From: Octopus vulgaris
Taxonomy: Eukaryota
Direction of reading: 5' to 3'
DNA: 64,000 nt
Assembly (NCBI GenBank): GCA_951406725.2
Contig: OX597817.1
Span: 123,318,001 to 123,382,000, forward strand
Made by a program: the position numbers and the translations under genes. A model generated the notes under the pieces. That model was given only the letters and a program-made list of their open reading frames with translations. It did no database searches and was not told the origin of the DNA. This document shows positions 39,822 to 53,790 of the stretch, in pieces (positions within the stretch are counted from its first letter, which is position 1; each line of letters opens with the position of its first letter).

Positions 39822-41490
39822 CTTTGCACAGCTTCTATAACTGGGATGTACTACAGTGCCAGCTGTTCACTACCAGTGAACTAAGGTAACATCTCTTATT
39901 TTTCGAGCACCATCTGGAGTATTCGAGCGGTTCCAAGGAGTGCTATTTTCTGTATGTGCTCAGCCCTTATTCCATTTACTTCTCATAGATTTTTACTCAC
40001 TGTTCCCATGGTTCCGACAATTATTAGTACTACCACCACATTTTTCAGCAACCATAGTTGCTTAACTTCCCAAGCTAACCTATCATATCTCTTGATTTTT
40101 CTTTCTTCCTTATCGCATAAATTGCTGTCAGCTGCGCATGCTATATCTATCATCGTTTGCTTTCTTTCTCAATTATCACTATGTCTGGCTTCCTATTCTC
40201 TATCCCATGGTCGCACTTCATCATAAAATCCCACACGATCTTTGCATTACCATTTTCGATGATATCTTCGGGCTTATATGTTCGTACCAGTTTTTCTCTG
40301 TCAAGTCCATACCTTTTGCAAAATGTCCAATGGACAATCCTTGCTATATTGTTAGGACGTCTCTTATATTTTTTCTGGGCTAGTGGTGTACATTGACTGG
40401 TAATCTGCCATACGGTTTCACCATTTTGTCCACAAATTCTGGACTTATCACTTTCTGATGCGTTGTCTATTCTGTATTTAATGTAATTTATTCTTAGTAC
40501 TTGCTCTTGGACAGCACAGATTAGAGCCTCCGTTTCTGGTTTTCAAACACATTTAGTTATCCATAGCCATCTTTTTTCTCTGTCTGTCTTATCTTCAACA
40601 TCCCTATGAAATTCTGCATTCTTTTCTTTATCCACCTATTTTCAGTTTCATTCATTCTCAAGTGCGTCTACAGTGTTCTATCTTTGCAATCTTTCAACCT
40701 ACACAAGCCTGACCTTCTTACTTCCAATAATAGCGTTTCTGTGGCAAATTTTACATACCATGCTATGTTGTTTTCTTCTGCTCTAATGTTGTGTTCCCAT
40801 CCAGTCAGTCCTCTTCCCCTTCTTTTTCTTGGTACACACAATTTCTCTGTGTCACGTTTTGAGTGGAGTATCTCATATCTAGTCAACAAGTCCCTTGTCT
40901 TTCAGTCTAGCCCATTTAGTTCGTCTACAGTCGTTGCAATTACCCCTGCTCCATATCTAAGGAGTGAAACCGCCTAGGTGTTGATAGCTTTAATCTTATT
41001 CCGTCCATTTAATTTCGATTTAAGGATCAGTCTCAGGTTGCGCAAGTACTCGACCTTAAATTTTTCTGTCATTTCTTTCTTCGTCAATTTATCCATTTCA
41101 AATATCCCCAAGTACTTATAGCCCGTCTCTTCTATCTGCTTCACAAAATCCCCCGGCAGTATCGCTAGCCCATCCATACATTTAATCTTGCCTCTCTTCA
41201 AGTCTAACACACCACACTTTTTCATCGGAACTCCATTCTGATATTAGCACTGAAAGTATACACCGTATCAACGAGGGAACTGACATGGGATTCATCTTAA
41301 TATAAACTTTGAGGTCATCCATGAATAACAAATAATTGACTTTTTGTTGGCGTCTCTTGAATACATACCCAGCCTTTGCTTTCCTCAGAATCAATGTTAG
41401 TATTATCATGCACAGTACAAAGATCAGTGGGGACAGGCATTCTCCTTCGAAGATGCCTCTCCTGATTTCAATTGTCCCTAAACTTCTTCC
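39822..41490 (-). mobile_element. R4/Dong-like non-LTR retrotransposon (RT plus REL), 5'-truncated, decayed
   Basis: ORF fragments with NYLLFMDDLKVY (RT catalytic motif), YKYLG, LKSKLNGRNKIKAIN and PRKRRGRGL; homologous to 18717-19953; bounded by (TAT)n at 41490. Confidence 0.9.
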
Positions 41491-42337
41491 ATATTATCAT
41501 TATTATTATTATTATTATTGTTGTTGTTGTTGTTGTTATTATTATTACTATTACTATTATTATTATTATTATTATTATTGTTATTATTATCAAAATTTTG
41601 TCAGTTCTGTTTTATCGTGAGTTAATGCGTTTTCCGTTCTGTATTATGTCATCATGTCACAAGTATGACTTAAATGATACACATAAAAACTTAACTGAAA
41701 ACAACTAACATGAAATTACTGAAAATGTTTGTGTCGGTAAATCTCTTTGACAACTAAATAATTCATAATTCACACTCATCTTCCCACGACTTGTTTATGT
41801 TGAGTTTTAATAGTTTCACCTGTTCATAGCTTTTCAAAACTGAAATACTTCATAAATATGCCTTATAAGAAATTGAGGATATTCAGAGAATCCAGTCTTG
41901 TAACGCATCCTACGTGCATTATTAAAACGCTTTGCTTGCTTGCTTGTAATTGTTTTTGCCATTTTAGCAATTGATTAGGAATGGGCAATATTCTGTCAAT
42001 AAATATTATATTTACTGCTTTACAGTGATGTAAGATAGTATATTCTTTAGCAAGATGTAAGCATGGTTGTGTAGATAAACAGCTCACTTCACAACCATAA
42101 TGTTTCGGTTCTGAAGCCACTGATTAACACGTTGGGGGAATAACTTCGACCATAGCCTTAGTTTGAACAATGACTTAATATTAATGTATTAATATTTGTA
42201 AGGCGAAAGCATTGCGGAACCTATAGGTTACGTACATACATAGACAAATACATATGTATTTATATCCAAACACACACACATGCATGCACGCACACACACA
42301 CATGTACATACACGCGCAAACACAGGTATGTGGGTGT

Positions 42338-42389
42338 AATAGTAGTAGTAGTAGTGGTGGTGGTGGTGGTGGTGGTGGTGGTGGTGGCG

Positions 42390-42435
<46 letters not shown>

Positions 42436-42452
42436 CAGTAGCAGCAACAGCA
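42338..42452. repeat. (TAG)n(TGG)n(TAG)n microsatellite
   Basis: Directly visible. Confidence 0.95.
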
Positions 42453-43122
42453 ACCGCAGTGACTGCATTCTACGGATGATACAGACAAAGATTAACTGGA
42501 CAAAAGTATAGCTCGTGTATTTCATATCCATGGATTTTTGTCCAATCTATTCGCGCTATAGTCCGAAATATTCCTACTTACGTCTGAATTACATCTCTAT
42601 CATTTCCTTTTTTATAACCTTCCCTTTTTTCCAAAACCATTTCATGCATAAACCGCTTTAAAGACATGTGTCTGCCCATACATAGACCCGCTCACCTCAT
42701 TCTCGCCTTCCTTACCACGATTTCAAATAACGATTCTTATACTCCAATACAAAGTATCTAGTCTCTGTTCTACAGAATTATTCTGCCGTCTCTATCACTC
42801 TCCATATTCCTCTAGTTCTCAAAATCTATTTATTGCCGCAATTTTTGAAATGAAGACTTACAACACGACTTTTATCTCTCTGAAGTATTCATCGTTGAAG
42901 ACATCATTATACACAAGTCCTCCTGGCTCTTCTTTCTTTTTTTACCATGACTTCTGATACAACTGGGTTTTCTGAACTGTCTGTATCAGATAGTACCCAC
43001 TCCTGTCCATATCGCTGAGAGCTACATCAAATGCTCTTGATGACTTTCTTACCGCAAACGTCGGCTTCATCCATGGTGTCCTCCTTATACAAACGTGGTG
43101 TGGCTGCTGCAGCTACTGCTAA

Positions 43123-43154
43123 TACCACCACCACCACCATCACCACCATCACCA

Positions 43155-43228
<74 letters not shown>

Positions 43229-43230
43229 TA
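43123..43230. repeat. (ACC)n/(CTA)n microsatellite
   Basis: Directly visible. Confidence 0.95.
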
Positions 43231-43632
43231 CGTTTTTCATGCTGGTCCATATAAAACAGCCAAGAAAGGAGTTAACGCTCTCTCTCTCCTGGTGGCGCAG
43301 ACGAAATACTGTAGGCATTGTCAGACTTCATGATAAAACGATCAAAGAATATCCACTCGACAGATAACTTAGTCATACCAGCTTCAGAAAGTAAGAATAC
43401 GATCGTGAACACTATCATTCCTCCTCGGACTAGTCACAGGAATAATACATAAAACAATTAGATATATTTGAAAACATGAAACTCTGGTTAATCTGACATT
43501 TTATTACCAAGAGACAACTCATAGTGAATATCAATGTTTTATCACGTTGCAACATAATATAAATTTTGTATTTGGTCACTGATATTTATTTTCTAATTGA
43601 TATACATACATACATATGTTAATACACACACG

Positions 43633-43696
<64 letters not shown>

Positions 43697-43980
43697 TGCG
43701 CACATACATACGCAAACGCACACATCGACGGAAGCCAACACGCATGCGCACGCACACAAATATACGTCTGTATTTACAGTCATATTATTTAATCTGTTTC
43801 TTTTTTATTCAGAATATTAATATATTTCAATGAACATTTTCCTATATTCGTATATTCTATTATTTTGGGAATCATATTTTGCCATTGTTTTCTTTCGTTC
43901 GGTTTATGTAGAAACTTTTGTAATTTTTTCTTTTCGAACATATTGTTGGATCACACTCGAAATTAATTTCGGTGTGAATG

Positions 43981-44040
<60 letters not shown>

Positions 44041-44499
44041 TGTGTGTGTATGTATGTATATACATATATATATTATATATAAATATATATATATACATAT
44101 ACGTACGTATACATACATGTATATATATAAATAAATAACATGTATAAATATATGCGTGTTCATATGTATACATGTATGTGCGTATGTATGTATGTGTGTA
44201 TGTGTGAATATGTGTATGTATATATGCACACACCCATACACACACATACCTATATGCACATGTACCCACAAATACACAAATGTATATATGCGTCCATATG
44301 TATGTGGGTGTCCCTAGCCTCTACTAAGCTGTAACTTGCCGCGGACCAATAGTCTGACTGCTGATTTATTGCAATAAATGGTCATATATTCACATATCAT
44401 ACAACAAGTTTTACTCACCCCTCCGTACGGGACACCTTGTCAGTTGACGGATTAGAAATCTGTCCGTTTAGTGGTACGATATGCTTTACTTTCGAGTTA

Positions 44500-44990
44500 T
44501 CAGAAGTAGCCAGACAGTTGTTTGAAACTAAATTTTTAGGCATTTTCCTTCATATCCTTGACGCAACAAAAGCTCAATCCATCATGTCCCTCATGTTGCA
44601 CCGAATCTATTCAAGTCAAGAAACACACCTGCAACGCATAGAAAATCTCTCTGACCGTGTTAAAACTGGGTGGCGTTTGCCTAGCAACGCAATACCTGTA
44701 GGACCATCAGGCGAATACTCAAAGAGGCCTTCATGTTTGGCACAGATCTCAAGCTGTCAAGCCTTCCATACTACATCTGATCCTTTTGGTTCACTGCCAA
44801 ATAGATTCTTATCGAATCTTACAGAATGCCTTTCTTTCCTCAATTTCACAACAGCAATGATTCTGTAACTAGTACCCCTTTAAGGAGAAAGCTTCCGCTA
44901 TCACTACTCAGTTTGCATCCAAATCTACTCTACACACAGTTTGCAAATTTCCCCCGAAACTTTCCTCCTCCCAGCGAGGTCCAATTTCTT
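44500..44990 (+). mobile_element. Old CR1/L2/Jockey-type LINE ORF2 relic (EN-RT linker)
   Basis: Frameshifted translation SFW..HNSNDSVTSTP..EKASAITTQFASKSTL resembles the FW...KA..F..NSTL linker motif. Confidence 0.45.
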
Positions 44991-45877
44991 TTATAAATAT
45001 GTGAAAATTGGAAAAGTGCCTTTAGATGTTCCAAACCAACAGAGGCACCCACCTTAAATATGTAATTTCTGTTATCTTCAAACATCATCACACTTGATGT
45101 CACCAACTCCTTCCAGGCGTTCACTAATTACTACTCATAATCTTTTCTTTCCAGACCGTCACACTTCTGAAATTCTCTCCGTGATTATATTTATCTGCAG
45201 GTCATGTAAATCAAAGTTCAAGAAGAGAATGAAAGGCGTTGTTTTCATAGTTTTCTCGGTCTTGAAGTTTTGTAAATATCATGCTACGCTATTCTTCTTT
45301 TTCTAAACACATGTGTGATTGTGTGTGTGCGTTTCGATGTATGTGTATGCATGTATGCGTTTTTCTTTGTGTGCATAAAGACATAACTATATACATAGAT
45401 ACATTGATTGAATGAGATAAATATGTGTATATATGTACTCACACATACATAATATGCATATATGTATAAAGTATAGAGTAAGTTTAAGACACAACGTATC
45501 ATTGTTTTAGCTAAAATTCATTACCGATAGCAGTTTCAATAATCCGCTCATACCATCGCAATTATATAACTATTTCACAATTTGATTCCACGAGACATGA
45601 GTGTCACATTTTCAAAGATATTTTGAATATGGTTCTCACGTCCAATACAATGATGTGAACTGATGTAGAATAATTATATAATTGACTTGATACGTGTTGA
45701 TTATCAAACTGGTTATTAGAAATTAATTTTTAAAATATCAGTATTGTTTGTACTGAGTGGTTACGAGCAGTATGTAACATAGTATATGGAAATGCACTGA
45801 AATTGAAAAATTTCAAACACTTTATTGTTTCTGGCGCGTAAGCACCAGTTCGGAATATAAATATGTGTGCGAGTACG

Positions 45878-45944
<67 letters not shown>

Positions 45945-46387
45945 TAACAAACACACACACAGAGTAAAAAAGTTTCAGAAAATCTTTATATTTCAGGTGC
46001 AAATGCCCATCTCATACACCTGAAATATAAAGGTCTTGTAAAACTTATTGCATTGTAAGGTTTCCTATTCTCCCTTTTCTTTCCCTTCTTCGATACTACA
46101 ATGCTTCAAGTGAACTACAACGCGCTTAAATATATATATATGTATACATAAAATATACGCTAGCGAGCTTTTTTTAGAAATTTCACAGCCAGCAAGCTGG
46201 CATGAATAATGAAATTTTGGACAACATATTCTCAATATAAAATAGTAAGACATTTAAACATAAGAGAAACTGCCTTCAACAGGCAGATTTACACGCTAGA
46301 AGAGGTAGTCGAAACGACCAAAACCACATTTCAGAGCAATTTCTAAAAGGAATGAAAAATAAAAATATTTACCATGTTATTTTATTC

Positions 46388-46456
46388 CGGTGAACCTAGA
46401 TTTCAATTTTTTAGCAAATAAAATAATTTGCTAGGCGAAATTCTCATCAGTGACCG
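46388..46456 (-). ncRNA. Degenerate type I hammerhead ribozyme
   Basis: Minus strand reads cggtca-CTGATGA-gaattt..tagcaaat/atttgcta..aaatt-GAAA-tctaggt-tcaccg. Core boxes are intact; single-base lesions affect stem II and the cleavage site. Confidence 0.55.
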
Positions 46457-46736
46457 CACCATAACACTAACATATAATTAAGAGACAAATAACACGTGTC
46501 ATCGTTATACATTATTATATATATATACATATATACACATACACACACATACATACATATATGTGTGTGTGTATATATAATCCTACAGCACAAGGAGTAT
46601 TGTACTCCTATTTCAAGCGATGTAAGTGTCTCGGCACTCTTGGTCACATATAGTGACGATTGAAGTTATCATTATGGCATTATATTGCGGCTCTCACTGA
46701 CGAAGCATACGGAAATACATACGTTGTTGTAATATA

Positions 46737-47212
46737 CGAGGAGTCAAATATTATCCACACTTTCGCCATAACATATCTTCATTACTGCCACATTACATTC
46801 TTCGCTTGCGTGCTTACAGTTGACATTATTGTGGTCATGCGATCGATGTTTGAGCTTGATCGCGCTATTTTTCATTTCGGCTTTACAGAGTAAGCTTGGC
46901 CGCTCCACTAACAATGTGCGCCAAAGAACAAAGAACAGTGATCATATTAACAGTGCAAGATACAGCGCTTTGCTTGCCAGCAATCTGAAGCCAGCAATTC
47001 GCATCAAACGCCGAAGCATATTGCCAAAGGATGTCTTGTTGTTGCATGGCAATGCAGGCCTACACACAGCCGCCCAGACCGTTGAAAGCATCAACTATTT
47101 ACATTTCCAAGTGCTTGAACGCTCCTTTCGACTATCATATCTCTGTGTCGCTCAAGGATTGATTACGAGGTCGTCGATTTCCTGCGGATGAAGATATGAA
47201 GGAAGCGGTGCA
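46737..47212 (+). mobile_element. Internally deleted mariner relic
   Basis: TA-cgagg start; ORF has INSARYSALL..LKPAIRIKRR..VLLLHGNAGLH (HDNA motif); truncated by (TG)n. Confidence 0.8.
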
Positions 47213-47217
47213 TATGT

Positions 47218-47288
<71 letters not shown>

Positions 47289-47891
47289 TGCATGATAAAA
47301 CAACACTGGAATTTTTTTTTATAATACGAAATATAATTGAATATGAAATTATATAAATAAATACGTACACTGATTTCTTTTATGTTTTCTTTTGAAATTT
47401 GTGCTTATAAAAATATCTTGCCACAAACCATGACTAAAACCAACAATTAAAAGCCTGCAAAAGTTTTACTTAAAGTACTTGGCAAGCATTTAAATTTACC
47501 TCAAATTTCATTTTGTACTGCTCAATGAATGAAGACCTCATTAATGCATTACATCAGTAATACATATTGACATCTCGGTCACAGCTCGAACACTTTTTAA
47601 ATAGAGGTTTTCGTGTTACAACTTGTATATTTAATACATCTAACATGTAAGTCATATTTTTAAATTTCTATTTTACATAGCTTTCAGTTTGCAAGTTCGT
47701 CGCTTGCTATGAGGTTTTGCACGACAAAATGCTGTATTTTTAGCTATTTTTGTTATCGATATTTACAAATAATTAAACTTACGAAGGATACACACAAAAT
47801 ACACGTACACACTCACCTAGCCATACAAACATAAATATATATATATATACATACATACATACATGTATGCAAACACACTCACACACATATA

Positions 47892-48760
47892 CAGAGGGTG
47901 TTTGGGAGAAATTTGGTAATTTTTAGCTTTCCCTTTTTACAAGAACATTTCAATGCATGGGTTAACAGGCAACGAAGGGGATAATGATTAACGTTGTTGA
48001 GAAAAAGCTGACATAGAGGAATGGAATCCATCTGACAATTGGAAAAGAGTTATCTGTACCATGAGAATTCGATCCGATTATCAAAATACTAATGACTGTA
48101 GCCCAATGCTCTGTTAACAGTGTTAAAGGCTGCAAGGTGTGACATGGTCAGCTGCAAAAGAGACTACGAAAACATATGCAGCAGGAAGTTACACAGCCAG
48201 CGTTGTGACTGCGTCTGCGCATAAGAGTTCAACTTCAAAACTCTGAACAGTGTATTAGGCTCAGTTCAGATGATTATGTGAAGCTGTAGGGACTGTGTTC
48301 TATCCCAGGCTGGAAGGCTTTGCCGGTGGAAGCCAGTATGTGTTGCAGCAGGATTAGGCTTCTTGCCACACATCCGGGAAAGTCAGAAGTAGTTGTCGGA
48401 AAATATATACAACTTCACAAGCACCAATTTCTGGCTTCTTAATCACACCGATTGTAAGTCCTTGGATTAGTATGTGTGGGGCTCAGTTAAGAAAGATAAC
48501 AGTCTCTCTGCCTACAACACCAAGGCCGAACTAGTGGTAAATATCAAGGTGTTCGAAGATCTTTTCAGGGACACAGTGAGGAATGCGTACACCAGGTTCC
48601 AGCTTCCGGGTTCTAGAGCCGTCTTGAGGTCGAAGTGAAAGCTAAGGACAGCTACTTTGAATAAACTTATCTCCCATTCATAATCTAGTTGATATGTTTT
48701 TAATTTTTAAAAATGCTTTAAATTTTGGATGAGATGTAGTTTTCGTTCCTGTTTTGAGCA
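47892..48760 (+). mobile_element. Decayed Tc1/mariner-superfamily element
   Basis: TA-cagagggtg start; QQD*A..HT and FWLLNHTDCKSLD*YVWG motifs; related to 27740-28415. Confidence 0.75.
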
Positions 48761-51138
48761 CCAAAGTCAAAGGCTATTACCGTGTTGAATTAATTATGTA
48801 AATTATAACAATTCTTTACAATAACAAATAAAACATGTTTAATAAGTCCTTTTCTACGCTCTGAGTTTAAATCTCATTCGGATCAACTTTACTTTTCATT
48901 CATTCGGCTCAATAAATAAAATACCACCTCGGGATGATATGTTGACAGAAGTGTTAGTGCGTTTGACATCTGGAACCTGTTTCAGCTTTTTGAATCAGAG
49001 TTCAAACTTCCTCTAGAATTTTATATTCTTCTGCTTGTTCACAAGTCCACAATTGATCACAAAAACGGGTGAGTGGAAGGGTTTTGTGACAATCTGCAAC
49101 TGCAGTGAGGTCGAAAGACGACGACGACGATGACGATGATGATGATTATTGTGCTAGTGGCATTGAGAAAGCAGATGAGAAAGCGAGGGTGGGTTGTACG
49201 AAAGAAAATGAAAACCAAAAACTAAAAACCAGAATACTGTAAAAACAAGCGTTTATTCATGATCAATTCTTCAATCTTATTCATCTATTAAGCATTTGAA
49301 AGTAAACAATATAAATGTATGTAGTGGTAAATATCTTGATAATGTTTTATTCTGAATCTAATGCATTTATTTATTCATCCATTCGTTAATCAATTTTAAT
49401 CACTGGCACGCAAATGAAATTTCATTAAATTCCCTTACAAATATGATATTCAATATTGCTTTATTCCTTGTTTTGGAATAAACAAAGAAGTGTATGCAAT
49501 CTATCAAAATTATTTTTATCATAGAAATCCCTTCCTTGCTACTGTCCGACATTAAATCACAAATTAATTACTCTTATCATCTGGCGTGTCAGCCTTGCAG
49601 TATGTATATACTGGCACAGCAAGATGTCTCAGAACTAAACTTCCATTATCAGACTTAGAGCGCCAAATGCTGTGGCTTTTATTGGCATCTTGATTTATAG
49701 TTTGGCATCCAGCGGTTTGTGACCAGAATATCCGCACATATACACAAAGGTTCTTTGGTTTATGAAGCGATAGCTTTATGAGGAAGTCATACTGATAATA
49801 CAGCACTTCTGACCACCATATGTTAGTTAAGGTATAGTTTTCAATCCATCTTTGTTATTAATAGTATAAATAATATGCGCCATTCACTTCAATTACATAA
49901 GATAAGACAGGAATGACATCAAAGTATTTTCTAGGATCACAAAATATTTACTGATTCAAGCTGAATACTACATAAAATTCAATATATTTCATGTACTTTC
50001 ATCTATAGTTAAGTACAATAAATATCAATCAAGTTAATTAAACATGATAGAAGCATTACTTATCCTACATAGATTTTACTGTTCATTAGTAGTTATTTTT
50101 TTTATAGTAACATGCATAATATATATGTATTACTTCTAAAGTAGCAAAGTCGAAGCGGTAGAACACTAACTTAAATAGCTTATAGCATATGGTATTGGTT
50201 TACACAGTTCTTAGTTCAATTCTGGTATGGTTCGAATTTCCATTTCCCCTCACCAAAAATCATTAAACGTAGAAGTTTTAATATACCCAGAAAATTCTCT
50301 TACGCCCCAAATCAAAAGGGATCAATATTGGATTTGCACTTCAGAAAAGGGATTTTCTTTGATGTTATTTCAAATCTCTAATGTAGCTATTTCATATCGT
50401 GTAAGCTGTTAATATTTCTTTGAAAGTGCATGACAATTACAATTTATATTTTCCCTATACCCCCATTATATGAAGCCTTTGTTTCTATTCAAAATGAATC
50501 TGAAATAAGAGAAGTAGAAGAAATAACAAAAAAAAAAGCCTTGATAAGTTTTGTTATTCATTGGTTTCGGTCGTATACATGATAATGGCTAGCGTGCTAG
50601 AGAAATCTGACTCAGAAAAGAACCCCTAAAATCTTAAAAGCAAAATGTTATAGAAAGTCGCAACAAGTTGAGGTGTCCAATCTTTTCACCGTAGGCTTTC
50701 TTCCAAAGATAACCGGTACCTCCTGTCAAACGTTGGTTTCATATGCCACATGAAATGAGAGTAATCTTTAAATTCATAATGGATCAAAGAATATTCTACC
50801 GTTTTAACAGAAACAACACTTCTTTAATATGTAGAAAAATTTGTCGGTGAAACACTGTTTGAAACGGAGAGTGACAGTGCATTACACCTTTATCCATAGG
50901 TAAGCTACATAACCATTGTAGAAATTTTGAACCTTATCTGTCACATATGTTTGGAGACTCATCTCAAAGCAGAGTGGCGTCAGGGAGATTATCGAAATGA
51001 TGTAGATTAATTGAAACAGATATTATCTCTCAAGATGAAGTGATCATCATCGCACGCGCGCAAACACACACTCACATACAAACAAGCACACACACAAACA
51101 TGCACACATATACACACACAATTATACATACATATGTG

Positions 51139-51185
<47 letters not shown>

Positions 51186-51316
51186 GTCACTAAAGTGATT
51201 GAGTGTGCTAGTTAGCACCAGTATTGCTATAAATGAGAGTCAAGATATCTCATACACACGATAAGCACTATCTTAATGACTGACAAGAAAGGCAACCTCC
51301 CTCAGCACCGACTATC

Positions 51317-51363
51317 GCCAGATCACCAATGATTTCGAAATAACACTAATGCTCTTCAGTGGC
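51317..51363 (-). ncRNA. Degenerate type I hammerhead ribozyme
   Basis: Minus strand reads gcca-CTGAAGA-gcattag tg ttatttc-GAAA-tcattggtg-ATC-tggc. Core, stem I and near-palindromic stem III are present; stem II is mismatched. Confidence 0.55.
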
Positions 51364-51529
51364 TCTTACAGGTGCCTTGGATTAAATTCACATCTCCTTG
51401 TCACTTATAAGATCACCATAGAAATCATACGCTGATTTCATAAACGCTAAAAGTGAAAATTATAAATAAAAAGGGTTGCTTGTTTTCGAAGTATATGTAA
51501 ACGTACATACATACATACATATTCGTAAC

Positions 51530-51586
<57 letters not shown>

Positions 51587-51676
51587 GTATATATATAAAT
51601 ATATATATATATATATGCATATATATGTAAGTGTGTGTGTATATATATATATATATGCATATTGGGTTTAAGGATT

Positions 51677-53327
51677 AGTACGCCATTCAATTTAAGAACG
51701 CTTTTATACTAATATTAAAAATGGCATTTATTTATATATTTTAGTTGTAAATTGGGAATTAAGATGTATATCAAAATAAAGAAAATTTTACGATCTATAA
51801 TATGATATACAAATTTACAGCGTAACGTCAACATATTAATTTCAAATTAAAAGTAAACTTTATTTTGTATCATTTACGTCGCCACTTAATTTAAGAACAA
51901 TTTGCAAAATTTCATCTTTATTTTTTGCCTCATCACTAGTATGACAGTAATGTAATTTTCATGCTGTTACAATTTTTAAGTTACTTAACAGTTGTGATGG
52001 TTAAGAGATAAAACTTAACACCAGAAACCCGTGCGAGTATCGTTCAGCTTAGTAGGCTGAAATGGTCATATAAATTATTTAAAACGAAGTGGGATTCTCT
52101 AAAATAGCAGTCTACAATGCTGTCCATCTTTACGAAGAAAGTAATGGTTATAAAGACCGCTCCTGACCTGGACAACCAAGAAAAAGCATGACAAGAATGG
52201 ATAGATACATTGATAGACTATCCTTTAAAAAAAAACGAAAAATGACTGCTCTTGACATTTAAATAAAAACTTGGCAAAAATATGGACGTACTATTGGAGC
52301 GTACGCCCCCCCCCAAAAAAAAAAAATAAATAAATGGTCTCAAAGAATTTGGACTTCTAAGAAGTGTCTCTTGCAAAAATCCAAACATTTCTTTTAACTA
52401 TTAATGTGCTCGACTACAGTTCGCAAAAAAGTATTTGAATTGAAGTGCTGCAGATTGGTCGAATGTGTTGCGATCGGACGAGTCAAAGTTCAACTTGTTC
52501 ATCAGTGATGGCAGGAAGTATGTAAAAGGGCGTATAGGCGAAGAATATCATTCAGAATACATCCGACCTACAGTTAAGTATCGTCGTGGAAGTGTGATGG
52601 TATGGGGTGCATGTCTGGAAAAGGCGTCGGTGTTATAATCCGAATCAAGGGCATTATAGATAGGAAGCTCTATCTAGAATAAGACTACGGATAAGACTGT
52701 TTCCATTAAGCCCCACAGCATTTGGGCCGATCTTGGATTTTCCAGCATGACAACGACCCGAAACACACCTCGCACCTAGTCAGAGATTGTATTTGGTTTA
52801 AGTGAGTTCGGTTGATGCAGTGGCCTGCTCAGTCACCCGACCTAAATCCGATCGAAAATGTTTGGGAAAGGTTGGGTAGAGCTGTGCAAAGTAGTAAACC
52901 AAAGAATAAGGAATATGTTTACATTAATAGCCAAAACTGGGAAAAAGTCTCAGGAACAGTGATGAATGATCTGAACAATTCTATGTTCCGCAAATGCAAA
53001 GCTGTATTAAGTAATTTTGGATACCCAACCAAATACTGTGTATGTGAGCTTACTATTGTACTTTTGTTAATCTAAAAATAAACTTTTTAAAGTAAAAAAT
53101 GAAATTTTACACATCGTTCTTAAACGGTGCTATAAAGTACGATGATTAAGATTTATTTGCAATTTAAAATTAATTGGTTGATGTTAGGCTGTAAAGTTGT
53201 ATATCATATTAAAGCGCGTGAAGGTTTCTTTATTTTGATATGCATCTTAATTCACATTCTACAACCTGAATATATAAAATATGCTATCTTAACATTAGTA
53301 TACTAGTGTTCTTAAATGGTGCCACTG
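51677..53327 (+). mobile_element. Full-length decayed Tc1 transposon with long IR/DR-type TIRs
   Basis: ~220-bp TIRs (51677-51898 / 53117-53327) with atttaagaac repeated at both ends of each TIR; ends cactg-TA. Disrupted transposase ~51997-53037 has SDESKF, VMVWG, FQHDNDPKH, WPAQSPDLNPIENVW and GYPTKY. Confidence 0.93.
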
Positions 53328-53329
53328 TA

Positions 53330-53790
53330 TGCTGTACTTGTCGATAGGATCACCGAAGAGTATGCAATATAGAAGGAGATAGATATGCTCGGACAGGAGT
53401 CGGATGACTTTGTAGAGAATATCGTGCATGAACCGGTAATCGTTGAAGTTCCGAAAGAAGTGCGAGGAAAAAAGCTTTCCCTTTTCAAGGGAAGGAGCGG
53501 GTGTGAAAGGTTATGTCCCTTTAATCCATTACATGAAGAGTGTTGTTTAATTTGAATGTTTGCATTTATATGTTAAAGTGCATTAAACTGCATTTAATCT
53601 TGTCAGGCGATGTTTTCACGTTCACTGCCAGAAAGTTGTTTAGATGGAAATATCTAGTGAAAATCAGTAAAGCGAACAGGAGCTGGCGCGTTAGTGGCCT
53701 ACATCTTTCTATAATACCTCACTAGATTGTTTGTGGCAAACTATATCGGGTTCTTATAGGGCCAGATACAGCTTACTCGTTTCGAACTTC
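53330..53790 (-). mobile_element. Possible Penelope-like GIY-YIG endonuclease relic
   Basis: Frameshifted minus translation SFP*KGK...TSTITGS..F..KS..SCPS...LYCI resembles the Cys-rich linker and N-terminus of PLE GIY-YIG domains. Confidence 0.4.

Noticed and set aside
44408-44420. Minus-strand GTGAGT splice donor and the ORF 44437-44868 as a host gene
   Set aside because: No open minus frame of note upstream; the plus-strand sequence is better explained as a LINE relic.
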